Positions 27,268-37,137 of a stretch of 64,000 nucleotides of DNA are shown here, piece after piece. The number at the start of each line of letters is the position of its first letter. Position 1 is the stretch's first letter. Source of the stretch: a virus (Duplodnaviria > Caudoviricetes). The translations under genes were made by a program, and so were the position numbers. A model generated the notes under the pieces. That model was not told the DNA's origin and searched no databases. It saw only the letters and a program-made list of their open reading frames with translations. The stretch covers positions 32,001-96,000 of the IMG/VR virus record IMGVR_UViG_3300023053_000001, one strand, 5' to 3'.

Positions 27268-27764
27268 GCGGTCAATACTGCGAGACCTGCTTCGGCACGC
27301 CATGCGCGTGCCTGGGGCCGGGGTTGCTGGTTTCCAGCAGTCCCAACCAGCCCCATGAGGCTGGACTGATCTACAAGGCCGGTGATAGCACGCCGCTGCC
27401 GCTGAAGCCGGTGTACTCGGAAAGCGCGGTGGTCATCACTCGCTGGAACCGTCACCGCGAATACCGCTGTAAGCATCACCCGGCAGTGGAAGGCATGTCC
27501 TATCAGGACGTGGAAACGATCTTCCACACCTCCGGTTGCCATCCGGTCACCGGTGACGACTGGGCGGTGATGGGGCAGATCCGTAACATCCAGGGTGTGC
27601 TCGTAGTGTGCCCGGGTCAGTGCGTGGTGGACCTGTTCCCCGGGTTCTATCTCGTGCTCAACTACGATGACGCCAAGCGCATGTTCCCGCACGCGCCGAT
27701 CGTCAACGACTTCACTGAACAGGAGCGCGCCCAATGGCCCGCAAAACCCGGTCTGGTATCGTAA
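27264..27764 (+). CDS. Hypothetical protein (166 aa)
   Basis: ATGA overlap; N-terminal CxxCxxxPCxC. Confidence 0.7.
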   Translation: MSGQYCETCFGTPCACLGPGLLVSSSPNQPHEAGLIYKAGDSTPLPLKPVYSESAVVITRWNRHREYRCKHHPAVEGMSYQDVETIFHTSGCHPVTGDDWAVMGQIRNIQGVLVVCPGQCVVDLFPGFYLVLNYDDAKRMFPHAPIVNDFTEQERAQWPAKPGLVS

Positions 27765-28225
27765 AGACCTATGTGGTACAGATCGTGCGCAATGGCAAAG
27801 TCGAACCGCTGAAGTTCAAAGCAGTTTCGATCCGTCATGCCGATCGAGTGTTGAGTGGGATGTTCATCTCCGGCGATTATGCGAACTGTTATCTGCTCAG
27901 TCCGGCTGAAAGACCCAAGCGGATCGGGAACAGTTCGTACCTGCGCTACATGGGACATCTCACCGGACCCGGTCCGTTCTACAGTGGTGTGTTCCGTCCT
28001 CAGGTGGAAACCGTCAAGGGTTGGCACATCAGTCCGCACCGCCGAGCCGATGCGTCCTACTTGCAGAACCACCGCGAGAACCTGTTCAACCTCTTCGGAC
28101 CATACAGCAAGCAGCTGTTGTCCAACAAGTCCAAGCACAAGGAACGCACCCGCCGTGAACCCTCAAGTCCCCTTCCTGGTAATGCCGGTGGTCAACCCGG
28201 TCCTGCTCTCCCCGTACAACCATGA
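27734..28225 (+). CDS. Basic hypothetical protein (163 aa)
   Basis: SD aggag; overlaps neighbours. Confidence 0.6.
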   Translation: MARKTRSGIVKTYVVQIVRNGKVEPLKFKAVSIRHADRVLSGMFISGDYANCYLLSPAERPKRIGNSSYLRYMGHLTGPGPFYSGVFRPQVETVKGWHISPHRRADASYLQNHRENLFNLFGPYSKQLLSNKSKHKERTRREPSSPLPGNAGGQPGPALPVQP

Positions 28226-28805
28226 GAGCATGTGGACCATCAAAAAGCCGCTGGTGGTCAAAGCCAACGGCGCTGATGTCACGCTGACCCACATCGCAGC
28301 GACAGGTCATTGGCACGATACCGTGGATCTGGTTCTTCTCTTCCGCAACCTCGAAGATCCGCTGGACATCATCAAGACCGTGTTGAGTAAGATCAACCGA
28401 GGACCGCACGGGAAACTGCTGTACTTCATGTCCGATCGTGGTCCTGTCATCATGACGTTTGATCACGATGATGCCGAGTGCTATCTGTACAAGGAGCCGG
28501 TGGTCATCACTCGGAAGGACTATGACCTGCGCGATACGGTCAAGTACGTCATCGGCGACATCCGTTACAACCAACTGCGGTTGGAAGATAAGTTGGAGCT
28601 GGTCCAGGAAATGTGGCGTTACGCCAAGGAAGGGTTGGGAAGCGATGGCCGTTACTTCGGCCAGCATATTCATACCGCCCTGGCCGAATTGCGCAAGACC
28701 TTCCGTAGCCCGGCGCTGTTTACGGAGGTTCCGGAAGTGGAAATCCATGCGCTCTTCCGCGAAGTTTACCGTGTCATGAATCCGGCCATCGAAGCCTCGC
28801 GTTAA
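28155..28805 (+). CDS. Hypothetical protein (about 215 aa; start uncertain)
   Basis: GTG 28155 with SD aagga, or ATG 28230. Confidence 0.65.
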   Translation: MNPQVPFLVMPVVNPVLLSPYNHESMWTIKKPLVVKANGADVTLTHIAATGHWHDTVDLVLLFRNLEDPLDIIKTVLSKINRGPHGKLLYFMSDRGPVIMTFDHDDAECYLYKEPVVITRKDYDLRDTVKYVIGDIRYNQLRLEDKLELVQEMWRYAKEGLGSDGRYFGQHIHTALAELRKTFRSPALFTEVPEVEIHALFREVYRVMNPAIEASR

Positions 28806-28860
28806 CCCCGGCCGTATTTTTTAGCTAGCTGTACTCACCCTATAACCCCTATCCCAAAGA

Positions 28861-30564
28861 GTGCTTCAATTGAACGCTGAAACCAACACCGATACCCTCG
28901 ACGCCGTCCAGGACGTGATTGCCAAAATGGAAGATCCGACCATCACCGCTCCGCGCCTGACGGCCAAGCAGACCCGCACGATCCTGTCGCGCCTGGACAA
29001 CCACGTCCAGAAGCAGATGCGTGAGCTGGGCCTGTACCAGTCCATCGCCGGCCGCGCGTTCCGCTCGGGTCTGAATGCCTTCCTGAACCGTTCGGTCCAG
29101 CCGGCAGCTGCTGCCCTGCACATCGAGATGGGTAAGGACGCCGATACCGGCGCCAGCCTGTTCACCGTGGGTCTGGACCGCACCGCTTTCGGCGCCAGCA
29201 TCAACCCGATGGACACCGGCGGTTACGACCTCGATCCGGACAACAGCGCCGAGCGCCACACCCGCATCTACGACCGCCCGTTCCTGCTGGTGTCCAGCCA
29301 GAAGTTCCCGGCCGGCACCGAAGACCTGCCGGAAGCGGACCTGCTGACCATGTCCATGGTGCCCAACGGCATGGCCAACCTGGAAGGGCAGGCCCAGCAG
29401 ATCGTGGCGAACTCCCCGGACCGTGGCCTGATCACGTTCTACCAGGCGTTCGTGACCTACTTCATCAACGCCCTGTGGACCAGCGACAAGCTGCGCAAGA
29501 ACCTGAAGGCGCGCACCTTCCTGCCGCACGTGCGCCACTACCAGCTCGAGCCGACCGATCGCCAGATCCGTTTCGTGTTCGACATCGGTACCCGCGTGCA
29601 GGAAGACGGCATGGTCGAAAAGACCATCGGCATGGGTGAAGACGTCAAGGTGGAAATGGTCCCCGGCAAGGTGTGGCGTTTCACCGGCGAGTGCGAGCGT
29701 ATCACCGTCTGCATCGATCCGCTGCAGATGTTCCAGTCCTCGCGCATCGACCAGTGGTACCCGCAGCTGTACGCTGCCCAGGACGCCGCCGCCGAAGCTG
29801 CTGCCCAGCAGGCAGCCGAAGCACTGGTGGAAAAGCAGAACGGTGACACCTCCGCGCCGATCGATGTCTCCGAGATCGTCGGCAATGACGATGTCGAATT
29901 GACCCTGGAAGATGCCGTCCTGCTGCCGCTGGGTCGTCCGACCCTGGCCGGTCGCATCTACCCGCCGGAACTGCTCGAAGCCCAGTTGGCTGAAGGCGGT
30001 CAGCTGCACGGCCTGATCGAGCGTGACACCGTGTACGGCGAATTCGACGTACCGCGCAACCCGGTCGGCTCCACCGGCCAGCAGTGGGCGGCTCGTGTCG
30101 CTGAAGTCAAGCTGGACCGCGTCGCGCTGAAGGTGGAGAACATCCGCGTCAACGAAGCCCGTGACGCGCTGATCGGCAAGGTCATCCCGTTCGGCCCGCT
30201 GGCTCCGGCACTGCGTGAGCTGATCGCTCGCAAGGCACCGGTGGCCTTCGCCATGCGTTCGTTCACCGTCGAAGACGGCGAGAACCCCAAGCGCGTGAAG
30301 GAACTGCGTGCCGTGGTGGCGTTCGATCTGGTGGGCAATACCTCCACGCCGGAACTGCTGGAAGAGATCCGCCAGTCCCTGCCGGAAGGCGCGGTCATCC
30401 CGACCGACCCGAGTGGCCAGCCCTACTCCTACGGCACGCATCTCGCCGATCCGGAAACGGGCGTGATGGAACGTCGTCCGGATCTGGACAACCCGGTACC
30501 GGTGGAACCGATCAAGGTTGCTGACGCAACCCAGGTCGAAGCCTTCGACGGTCAGAGCAAGTGA
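28861..30564 (+). CDS. Two-domain protein with C-terminal prohead-protease-like domain (probably inactive)
   Basis: GRIYP...GEFDVP...PFGP...FAMRSFT...VVAFDLV follows the phiKZ gp175-type pattern but lacks the GHP His and FSIR Ser. Confidence 0.65.
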   Translation: MLQLNAETNTDTLDAVQDVIAKMEDPTITAPRLTAKQTRTILSRLDNHVQKQMRELGLYQSIAGRAFRSGLNAFLNRSVQPAAAALHIEMGKDADTGASLFTVGLDRTAFGASINPMDTGGYDLDPDNSAERHTRIYDRPFLLVSSQKFPAGTEDLPEADLLTMSMVPNGMANLEGQAQQIVANSPDRGLITFYQAFVTYFINALWTSDKLRKNLKARTFLPHVRHYQLEPTDRQIRFVFDIGTRVQEDGMVEKTIGMGEDVKVEMVPGKVWRFTGECERITVCIDPLQMFQSSRIDQWYPQLYAAQDAAAEAAAQQAAEALVEKQNGDTSAPIDVSEIVGNDDVELTLEDAVLLPLGRPTLAGRIYPPELLEAQLAEGGQLHGLIERDTVYGEFDVPRNPVGSTGQQWAARVAEVKLDRVALKVENIRVNEARDALIGKVIPFGPLAPALRELIARKAPVAFAMRSFTVEDGENPKRVKELRAVVAFDLVGNTSTPELLEEIRQSLPEGAVIPTDPSGQPYSYGTHLADPETGVMERRPDLDNPVPVEPIKVADATQVEAFDGQSK

Positions 30565-30638
30565 TTCAAGCGGCGTGAGGTTTGCCGCAGCCTCACGCCG
30601 TTCTTTTCTGCGGCGACTACCAAAGAGGATGTAAACTC

Positions 30639-31376
30639 ATGAATACCCCGACTGGAATCCAGGTGTCTTCTAAGCTCCTGCCAGCGATTGATGAGACCCT
30701 CGGTCAGACTGACCTGATCGTGATGCTGGTTCACCCCGGCGCGGACCGTTTCACTGTGGAAGAACATTGGAACCGACTCCAGCAGGAGTTGGAGGGACAG
30801 GCGATCTTCCGCGACAAGCGTGGTGAGACCGAGTCCCACGGAGAGTTCCAAATGTGGCTTGGTAACATGCGCCGTAGTCGAGATCGTCGACTGAAGCCCA
30901 CGTTCATCATCTTCACCTTCTCCCAGCGTTTCGCTCAGCTGGAAATGGAAAGCGATGTCAGCTTCCACTACTTCCCGGGACACTGGCAGGTGAACCTGCA
31001 GCGTGGTAAGTTGCGTCGAGAGACCGTACCGACGGAACCGAACGTGCTGGTGCTGCCCCGGTTGCAAAACCAGTCGTACCGCGCCGACAATGGTGCAATA
31101 CCACCGCGTCTACAGGTCGCCATCACTGGCGATCGTGCGCAAGACGGTAAGTCCACCCTTGCGCTGGAATTGCGGGAGTTCCTCCGTCAACGTTACCCGA
31201 GCATCGAGGTGGAGCATTACTCCTCCGAAATGAATCTGGAAGCGTGGGAACACGCTGGTGAGGATAAGCGCACGATCAACGCATCGGTCATTCAGATTCT
31301 CGATGTCAATGAACGGGTAAAGCCCCAGTCCAAGCTGAAGGGCATGCACGTTCGCCATTTCAATCATAAGCCGTAA
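30639..31376 (+). CDS. Hypothetical protein with C-terminal P-loop-like motif (245 aa)
   Basis: VAITGDRAQDGKSTLA. Confidence 0.7.
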   Translation: MNTPTGIQVSSKLLPAIDETLGQTDLIVMLVHPGADRFTVEEHWNRLQQELEGQAIFRDKRGETESHGEFQMWLGNMRRSRDRRLKPTFIIFTFSQRFAQLEMESDVSFHYFPGHWQVNLQRGKLRRETVPTEPNVLVLPRLQNQSYRADNGAIPPRLQVAITGDRAQDGKSTLALELREFLRQRYPSIEVEHYSSEMNLEAWEHAGEDKRTINASVIQILDVNERVKPQSKLKGMHVRHFNHKP

Positions 31377-31401
31377 CGTAGTACAGGAGTAAGGTAACCC
31401 C

Positions 31402-33117
31402 ATGGCTGTTTTGACAAGGCGCAATAAAGGAGAGCTGGCCAGTCACTGGCCCAGCCATCTGCCGGAGTGGTTGTGCCACATCTACGCAGCACGTGGGGTT
31501 ACCTCCGCCCACGAACTGGATCGTCGTCTTTGCAACCTCATCAGCCCCTCGCTGATGGGTGGCATTGAGAAGGTCGTGGAGGTGATGTGTGATGCCGTGA
31601 CGACCGGTAAGCACATCACCGTTGCGGGCGACTACGACTGTGACGGTGCTACAGGCACCGCTACGGCCGTACGTGGCCTTCGTCTGCTTGGAGCCAAGAA
31701 GGTATCGTTCATCGTACCGGATCGCTTCAAGCACGGTTACGGGCTGTCTCCGGCCCTAGTGGATGCGATGGACCCGACCACGGAAGTGATCGTGACTGTC
31801 GATAGCGGCACTTCCTCCATGGAAGGTGTCGTACACGCCAAATCCCTCGGTCGTACTGTGGTGGTCACCGATCACCATTTGCCGGCTGAGTACCTGCCTC
31901 CGGTTGATGCCATCGTCAACCCGAATCTGAAGGGCGATCCGTTCCCTTCCAAGATGCTGGCCGGTGTAGGCGTGATGTTCTACGTGCTGTGCGCCATGCG
32001 CAAGCAGCTACGGGAACAGGGTTGGTTCCGGGAAGAACTTCCGGACCTGACCACACTGTTGGATCTGGTGGCCATCGGCACAGTCGCCGACTTGGTGCCG
32101 CTGGATCACAACAACCGTATTTTGGTCGAGGCGGGATTGAACAACATCCGCAATGGCCGTACCAGTCAAGGTGTGCTGGCACTGATCACCTCGGCCGGTA
32201 AGAATTACCAAACGCTCACTGCTACCGACATCGGGTTCTCCGTCGCCCCGCGGCTCAATGCCGCAGGACGATTGGAGAACATGGCATTGGGCGTTATTGC
32301 TTTGCTTTGCGATGAGAAGGAACGGGCAGAGGCGTTGGTCCATCAGCTGGAAAAGATCAATACCGATCGCCGTGAGAAACAAGCCAGCATGATCGAAGAG
32401 GCCGAGCGTATCGCAGCCTCTACCGAGAAAGCTGATGGGATGGGCATTACCGTCTACGATCCGACATGGCATGCCGGTCTGGTTGGACTGGTGGCCTCAC
32501 GACTGAAAGAGTCGATGTGGCGTCCGGTGTTTGCACTGGCCTCGGCCGGTGAGGACCATCCCGATGAAGTACGTGGCTCCGGTCGTTCCATCCCAGGATT
32601 CCATTTGCGTGATGCCCTGTCCATTGTGGATGCGCGCAACCCGGGACTGATGCCCAAGTACGGTGGCCATGCAATGGCCGCAGGTCTGAGTCTGAAGACG
32701 GCTGACATTCCTCGATTCACCAAAGCCTTCGATGACGCAGCTCGTGAAATGCTGACGCCAGACATGCTGGAAGTGGAGATCATCTCTGAAGGCGAATTGC
32801 CGGCAGGGCAGATCAACCTTGATACCGGTTGGCTGTTGCGTCGATCCGGTCCGTGGGGTCAGTTGTTCCCCGAACCTGTGTTTGATGGCGTCTTCGACGT
32901 GGTCAATTTCAAGATCATGGGGAAAGACCAGACCCATCTGAAACTTACGTTGGCCGATGTCCGCGATGGGTCCACTGTGGATGCCATCTGGTTCGGCGGT
33001 TACGCCAAGGGCGAAGATCCGCCCAAGCGTTGCCGTGTCGGGTACACCCTCGACGTCAACATCTACTATAGCCGACAAACGCCCCAGCTGATGGTGCGTT
33101 TCTTAGAGGGAGTTTGA
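31402..33117 (+). CDS. recJ: Single-stranded-DNA-specific exonuclease RecJ
   Basis: GDYDCDG, TVDSG, TDHH, GTVAD, PRLNAAGRL, GSGRSI, GGHAMAAG. Confidence 0.97.
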   Translation: MAVLTRRNKGELASHWPSHLPEWLCHIYAARGVTSAHELDRRLCNLISPSLMGGIEKVVEVMCDAVTTGKHITVAGDYDCDGATGTATAVRGLRLLGAKKVSFIVPDRFKHGYGLSPALVDAMDPTTEVIVTVDSGTSSMEGVVHAKSLGRTVVVTDHHLPAEYLPPVDAIVNPNLKGDPFPSKMLAGVGVMFYVLCAMRKQLREQGWFREELPDLTTLLDLVAIGTVADLVPLDHNNRILVEAGLNNIRNGRTSQGVLALITSAGKNYQTLTATDIGFSVAPRLNAAGRLENMALGVIALLCDEKERAEALVHQLEKINTDRREKQASMIEEAERIAASTEKADGMGITVYDPTWHAGLVGLVASRLKESMWRPVFALASAGEDHPDEVRGSGRSIPGFHLRDALSIVDARNPGLMPKYGGHAMAAGLSLKTADIPRFTKAFDDAAREMLTPDMLEVEIISEGELPAGQINLDTGWLLRRSGPWGQLFPEPVFDGVFDVVNFKIMGKDQTHLKLTLADVRDGSTVDAIWFGGYAKGEDPPKRCRVGYTLDVNIYYSRQTPQLMVRFLEGV

Positions 33118-33118
33118 C

Positions 33119-33409
33119 ATGAACACCATTCCGATCCCCGGACCCGACGCCGTCCGACTGATCGATGAACAGAAGGTCAGTTCCGCCTCCGGTGAAATCG
33201 CATCGTTCCTGATCGACCCGGAGAAACTGAAAGGCTTTATCATCAGTCGCAGTCCGCGTCGCTTCCAGTTCCACCTCAACCGCTACCAGCTCAACAGCGA
33301 TGAGCAGGACAAGTTGGCCCAGATCTTCCAGTCCGGCGGTTGGAAGGCCAAGATTGTCCATGGCCAGATGACCGACCAAGACTCGGTCTACCTGAACTTG
33401 GAGGGTTGA
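33119..33409 (+). CDS. Hypothetical protein (96 aa)
   Basis: SD gaggga; coupled. Confidence 0.75.
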   Translation: MNTIPIPGPDAVRLIDEQKVSSASGEIASFLIDPEKLKGFIISRSPRRFQFHLNRYQLNSDEQDKLAQIFQSGGWKAKIVHGQMTDQDSVYLNLEG

Positions 33410-33410
33410 T

Positions 33411-33815
33411 ATGGCACGTGTAATGGACGGTAAGTTGGTGGGCGATCCACCTTCGGACAACGACCTCATTGCCAAGATGTTGGACGGCAGTCGTCCCATG
33501 TCCACGCATACCCTGCAGATCGACGATGATCGCGTACAGCACGTTCGGTTGGCCTATGAGCTGCCCGCCACCAGTCGCCGACCCTACGCTGCTCCGATCA
33601 GTCCCTGGGCCCTGCATGATGGCCTCGATGACTTCTGGGTCATCGGCAAGCGTCGCGATGGTACGGAGTTCTATCTGCAGGCGCAGGTGGATTACACCAT
33701 CGACCGGAAGGAGCGGAATGCGGTCATGACGGAGAACGGCGAGCGGTTGATCCGCACGCAGGGTCTGCAGATCGAGATCTACGCTCATTACGCCTCTATG
33801 GGAGGCCGGCACTGA
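33411..33815 (+). CDS. Hypothetical protein (134 aa)
   Basis: SD ggagg; coupled. Confidence 0.75.
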   Translation: MARVMDGKLVGDPPSDNDLIAKMLDGSRPMSTHTLQIDDDRVQHVRLAYELPATSRRPYAAPISPWALHDGLDDFWVIGKRRDGTEFYLQAQVDYTIDRKERNAVMTENGERLIRTQGLQIEIYAHYASMGGRH

Positions 33816-34297
33816 TGACCATGCGCATCATGGAGCCCAAGGACGTCCGGGCCATCGTCGTCCACTGTACCGCCACGCCGGTTGGTATTCCCTCGGTCGT
33901 GGAACATGTCCGGCGTATGCATGTGGTGGAGAACCAGTGGGATGCCATTGGGTACCACTTCATCATCGATCGTGCGGGCGTCAGGCACGGTTGCCGCCCC
34001 ATGATGTTCCGCGGCGCACATGCCGTGACTGCCAATGCCCACTCTTTGGGCATTGCGCTGGAAGGCGGTATCGACGGCGAGGCCAAGCCGGTCAACAACT
34101 ATACTGAGGAGCAGTTCAAAACTCTGTACACGTTGATCCGCGAACTCCGCGGTAAGTTCCCCACGATCTTGGAAACCTTCGGCCACTGTGACCTGCAGCG
34201 CGACGCGGGTTTCAAGTCATGTCCGTGCTTTGACGTGCGGGCATGGTTGACCAAGGAAGATCAGAAGTGGTGGAGCCGGCAACTGAGGCTGGCGTAA
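33815..34297 (+). CDS. N-acetylmuramoyl-L-alanine amidase (T7 lysozyme-like)
   Basis: IVVHCTAT, IGYHFII, GAH, SLGI, GH.DL, K.CPCFDV. Confidence 0.9.
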   Translation: MTMRIMEPKDVRAIVVHCTATPVGIPSVVEHVRRMHVVENQWDAIGYHFIIDRAGVRHGCRPMMFRGAHAVTANAHSLGIALEGGIDGEAKPVNNYTEEQFKTLYTLIRELRGKFPTILETFGHCDLQRDAGFKSCPCFDVRAWLTKEDQKWWSRQLRLA

Positions 34298-34427
34298 TCA
34301 TCCCCCGAGTCCGTAAAGGGCTCGGGGGGCTTATGTCGTTTTTCTTTTACCCCCTCGGGAGGGATGATATGGGGAAAGTCGTGCCCATCCACTAGATGGG
34401 TCAATTTACGCAACAGGGGTTACACCC

Positions 34428-35237
34428 ATGGCTAAGAACACAGCTGCCCGGAAAGAAAAGAAAAGTCGCGGTCGAGACAACGCACGTTTCAATACCGTGA
34501 CCGACATCAGTGAAGCTCGTCAAGCTCGTAACACGCCCAAGAGTCTGAAACACCGGGAACGTGACAACGAGCGCTTCTCTGAACAGCGAGCGCTTGTTGC
34601 ACGAAATCCGCAGCAGGCCGCCTTGATCGCCGCACTGGACAGCAACCGCATTACGGTTGCCACCGGACCGGCTGGTACGGGCAAGACTTTCGTGGGCATG
34701 ATGAAGATGTGCCAGCTGCTCCAGGCCGGGAAGATCGAGCGGATCGTCCTGACCCGCCCGATCGTCGAGGCGTGCGGTGAGAAGCTGGGGTTCCTGCCGG
34801 GCGACATCATGGAAAAGGTGATGCCCTACCTGAAGCCCTACTTCAAGGCACTGATCCAGTTCTACGGAACCCGCGAGCACGTGGAGCGTCTGGTCAAGGA
34901 AGGCAAGATCGAAGTCTCCCCGCTGGCTTACATGCGCGGTGAAACCTTCGACGACGCCGGCATCATCCTGGACGAAGCGCAGAACACCATCCCTGAGCAG
35001 ATGAAGATGTTCCTGACCCGCATGGGCCGGAACTCGCGCGTGCTCGTGGACGGTGACGTGCGCCAGTCGGACATGCGTGGCCGCGATGGTCTTTCCGACC
35101 TGATGGCCCGTGTGCATCTGATGGACAGCCTGGGCCACATCGAGCTGACCAAGATCGAGCGCGATCCGATCGTGGAAGAAGTGCTCAATGCTTACGCCGT
35201 GGACGTCTACGCCAACCCGGCGCCTGTTGCTGAATGA
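34428..35237 (+). CDS. phoH: PhoH family ATPase
   Basis: GPAGTGKT, LTRP, LGFLPGD, PLAYMRGETF, LDEAQN, GDVRQSD. Confidence 0.96.
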   Translation: MAKNTAARKEKKSRGRDNARFNTVTDISEARQARNTPKSLKHRERDNERFSEQRALVARNPQQAALIAALDSNRITVATGPAGTGKTFVGMMKMCQLLQAGKIERIVLTRPIVEACGEKLGFLPGDIMEKVMPYLKPYFKALIQFYGTREHVERLVKEGKIEVSPLAYMRGETFDDAGIILDEAQNTIPEQMKMFLTRMGRNSRVLVDGDVRQSDMRGRDGLSDLMARVHLMDSLGHIELTKIERDPIVEEVLNAYAVDVYANPAPVAE

Positions 35238-35325
35238 CCCACTGCCCCTCCTGCCTTCGGGCGGGAGGGGTTTGTGTCGGTATTTATTTGGCGTTCGATC
35301 TCACCCTATGACCAAGGAGAGAGCC

Positions 35326-35589
35326 ATGGCCACAACTACCCGTCGCAAATACGCCCATCGCCCGATCCAGCAGTGCACTGGCTGCAACTGGTTCGACAGC
35401 GGTGAAGAGTTCAATAGCGGTGAGCAATCACTGCCCTGTCCGTGCTGTGGTAAGAGCACCACTGCCCGAGTGGGTCGTTTCATCGACACCATCCGTACCT
35501 ATCTGTTCGGGCTGATCAACCTGCGCATTCGCCGTGAGGTGGAATGGTGGTTTGATCCGATCAATGAAGTTCCGCCGGGTAAAGTTTAA
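35326..35589 (+). CDS. Zinc-ribbon protein (87 aa)
   Basis: CTGC...CPCCGK; SD aaggag. Confidence 0.7.
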   Translation: MATTTRRKYAHRPIQQCTGCNWFDSGEEFNSGEQSLPCPCCGKSTTARVGRFIDTIRTYLFGLINLRIRREVEWWFDPINEVPPGKV

Positions 35590-35688
35590 CCGCCGGCAGC
35601 GATAGTTTGTAAGAGTAGTCGTGCAACACCAGTGTGGATTCGGTTAGGGACTGAATGACCTTGCTACGGTCAACCTAACTGGTGAAAC

Positions 35689-36114
35689 ATGAATACTCTT
35701 ACTGTCAAAGATACGTCCATTGCACTTCCTGATTTCATTGTCGAACGAGCCGGCATCCATCCTACCCAGGGGGCATTCCAAATCCACTTCACGAATGGCA
35801 ACATTCTGGAGTTGATCGACAATGGTCAAGACTGTTGCGAAAACCGGTACATCACGTGCGATGATGATCTCGAAGGCCTTCAGGGTCAGCGGATTGTTTC
35901 CATTGAGGTGGCCGGTATTGCAGAGGTACTCGAAACGAACGACGGCGACAGTCATGAGCAGGTTTTCGTCCGTATCCAGTTCTCACGGTTCGCCGTGACG
36001 CTGTGTACGCACAACGAACACAACGGCTACTACGGAGGCTTCTGCCTCGAGGTACGCCTGCTGGCTCAGGACGGTCGCTGCGTCGCTCACAAAGAGCTTT
36101 CTACGGACGTCTGA
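35689..36114 (+). CDS. Conserved phage hypothetical protein (141 aa)
   Basis: QDCCE...HNGYYGG motif, recalled from other phage proteins. Confidence 0.75.
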   Translation: MNTLTVKDTSIALPDFIVERAGIHPTQGAFQIHFTNGNILELIDNGQDCCENRYITCDDDLEGLQGQRIVSIEVAGIAEVLETNDGDSHEQVFVRIQFSRFAVTLCTHNEHNGYYGGFCLEVRLLAQDGRCVAHKELSTDV

Positions 36115-36445
36115 GGCATACCCGAGGCCCTCCGGGGCCTCGGTTTTTATGCCGTCTGGGCGTTTTGGCAACCTGACCAAATAGGATAAGGGTGCGGAAA
36201 AAATCACCCTCCCGATCCGACTCCATTGGTATGAGTCAGGAAGAAAAACCCGCGCCCAAAAGACCCTGCGACGCACTTCAAAGCAGGTCTATGTGGCGGG
36301 TGAAGGGGGCTATGGCCTCTGGGTGTAAAACTTGAACAGCCGATCTGACGGTATAGACGGACACCGCCTACTCACCCAAATTCCGATCATGCGTAGCGGG
36401 TGTGATCATTGTCCATTCGAATTCAGTTACAGGAACTTTTCAATC

Positions 36446-36691
36446 ATGAGCGACAACAAGAGCCCCATCATCGTCTTCTCCAAGAACGGCTGCGTCCAGT
36501 GCGACATGACCAAGCGGCGCCTGCAGGCACGTGGTCTGGACTTCGAAGTGAAGATGATCGATGCCACGGGTGACGTGGGTCAGGCCAACATGGCCGAGTT
36601 CCAGACCCACGGTCTTCGCAACATGCCTGTCGTGGTTGCCGGCGAACGCAAGTGGGCCGGTTTCCAGCCTGACCAGATCGCCGCGCTGTAA
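36446..36691 (+). CDS. nrdH: Glutaredoxin-like NrdH
   Basis: VFSKNGCVQC...G.R.MPVV...W.GFQPD.I; first gene of nrd operon. Confidence 0.93.
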   Translation: MSDNKSPIIVFSKNGCVQCDMTKRRLQARGLDFEVKMIDATGDVGQANMAEFQTHGLRNMPVVVAGERKWAGFQPDQIAAL

Positions 36692-36696
36692 GCTGC

Positions 36697-37137
36697 ATGA
36701 GCATCTTGGTCTACTATTCGACCAAGTCCGGCAATACCCACCGATTCGTTGAAAAGGTGGGGTTGCCGGCTCGACGCATCCCCATTTCCAAGGCGGATGG
36801 GCCGATGCTGGAGGTCGATGAGGACTACATCCTCATCTGCCCCACCTACGGTGGTGGAGAAGTCAAGGGTAGCGTTCCGATGCAGGTGAAGCGATTCCTT
36901 GCAAACGAAAACAATGCGCGACACCTCAAAGGGGTCATCGCTGCAGGTAACACCAATTTCGGCACGGCGTTCTGCCTGGCCGGCAAACTCATCTCTCAGC
37001 GCTTCGACGTTCCGCATCTCTACAACGTGGAGATCTTTGGTACGCCGGAGGATGTCGAAAAAGTCAAAACCGGAGTAATGCAATTTTGGACACGATCGCA
37101 ACCAGTACCGCAGTCGCCCAGCGCGATGATGTCATGA
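36697..37137 (+). CDS. nrdI: Flavodoxin-like NrdI
   Basis: [34 protein letters not shown]. Confidence 0.95.
   Translation: MSILVYYSTKSGNTHRFVEKVGLPARRIPISKADGPMLEVDEDYILICPTYGGGEVKGSVPMQVKRFLANENNARHLKGVIAAGNTNFGTAFCLAGKLISQRFDVPHLYNVEIFGTPEDVEKVKTGVMQFWTRSQPVPQSPSAMMS

Noticed and set aside
28832-28850. Possible fifth copy of the 18-bp promoter motif (...ccctataacccc)
   Set aside because: Only the TATAAC core matches; the upstream TTTsAgA half is missing.
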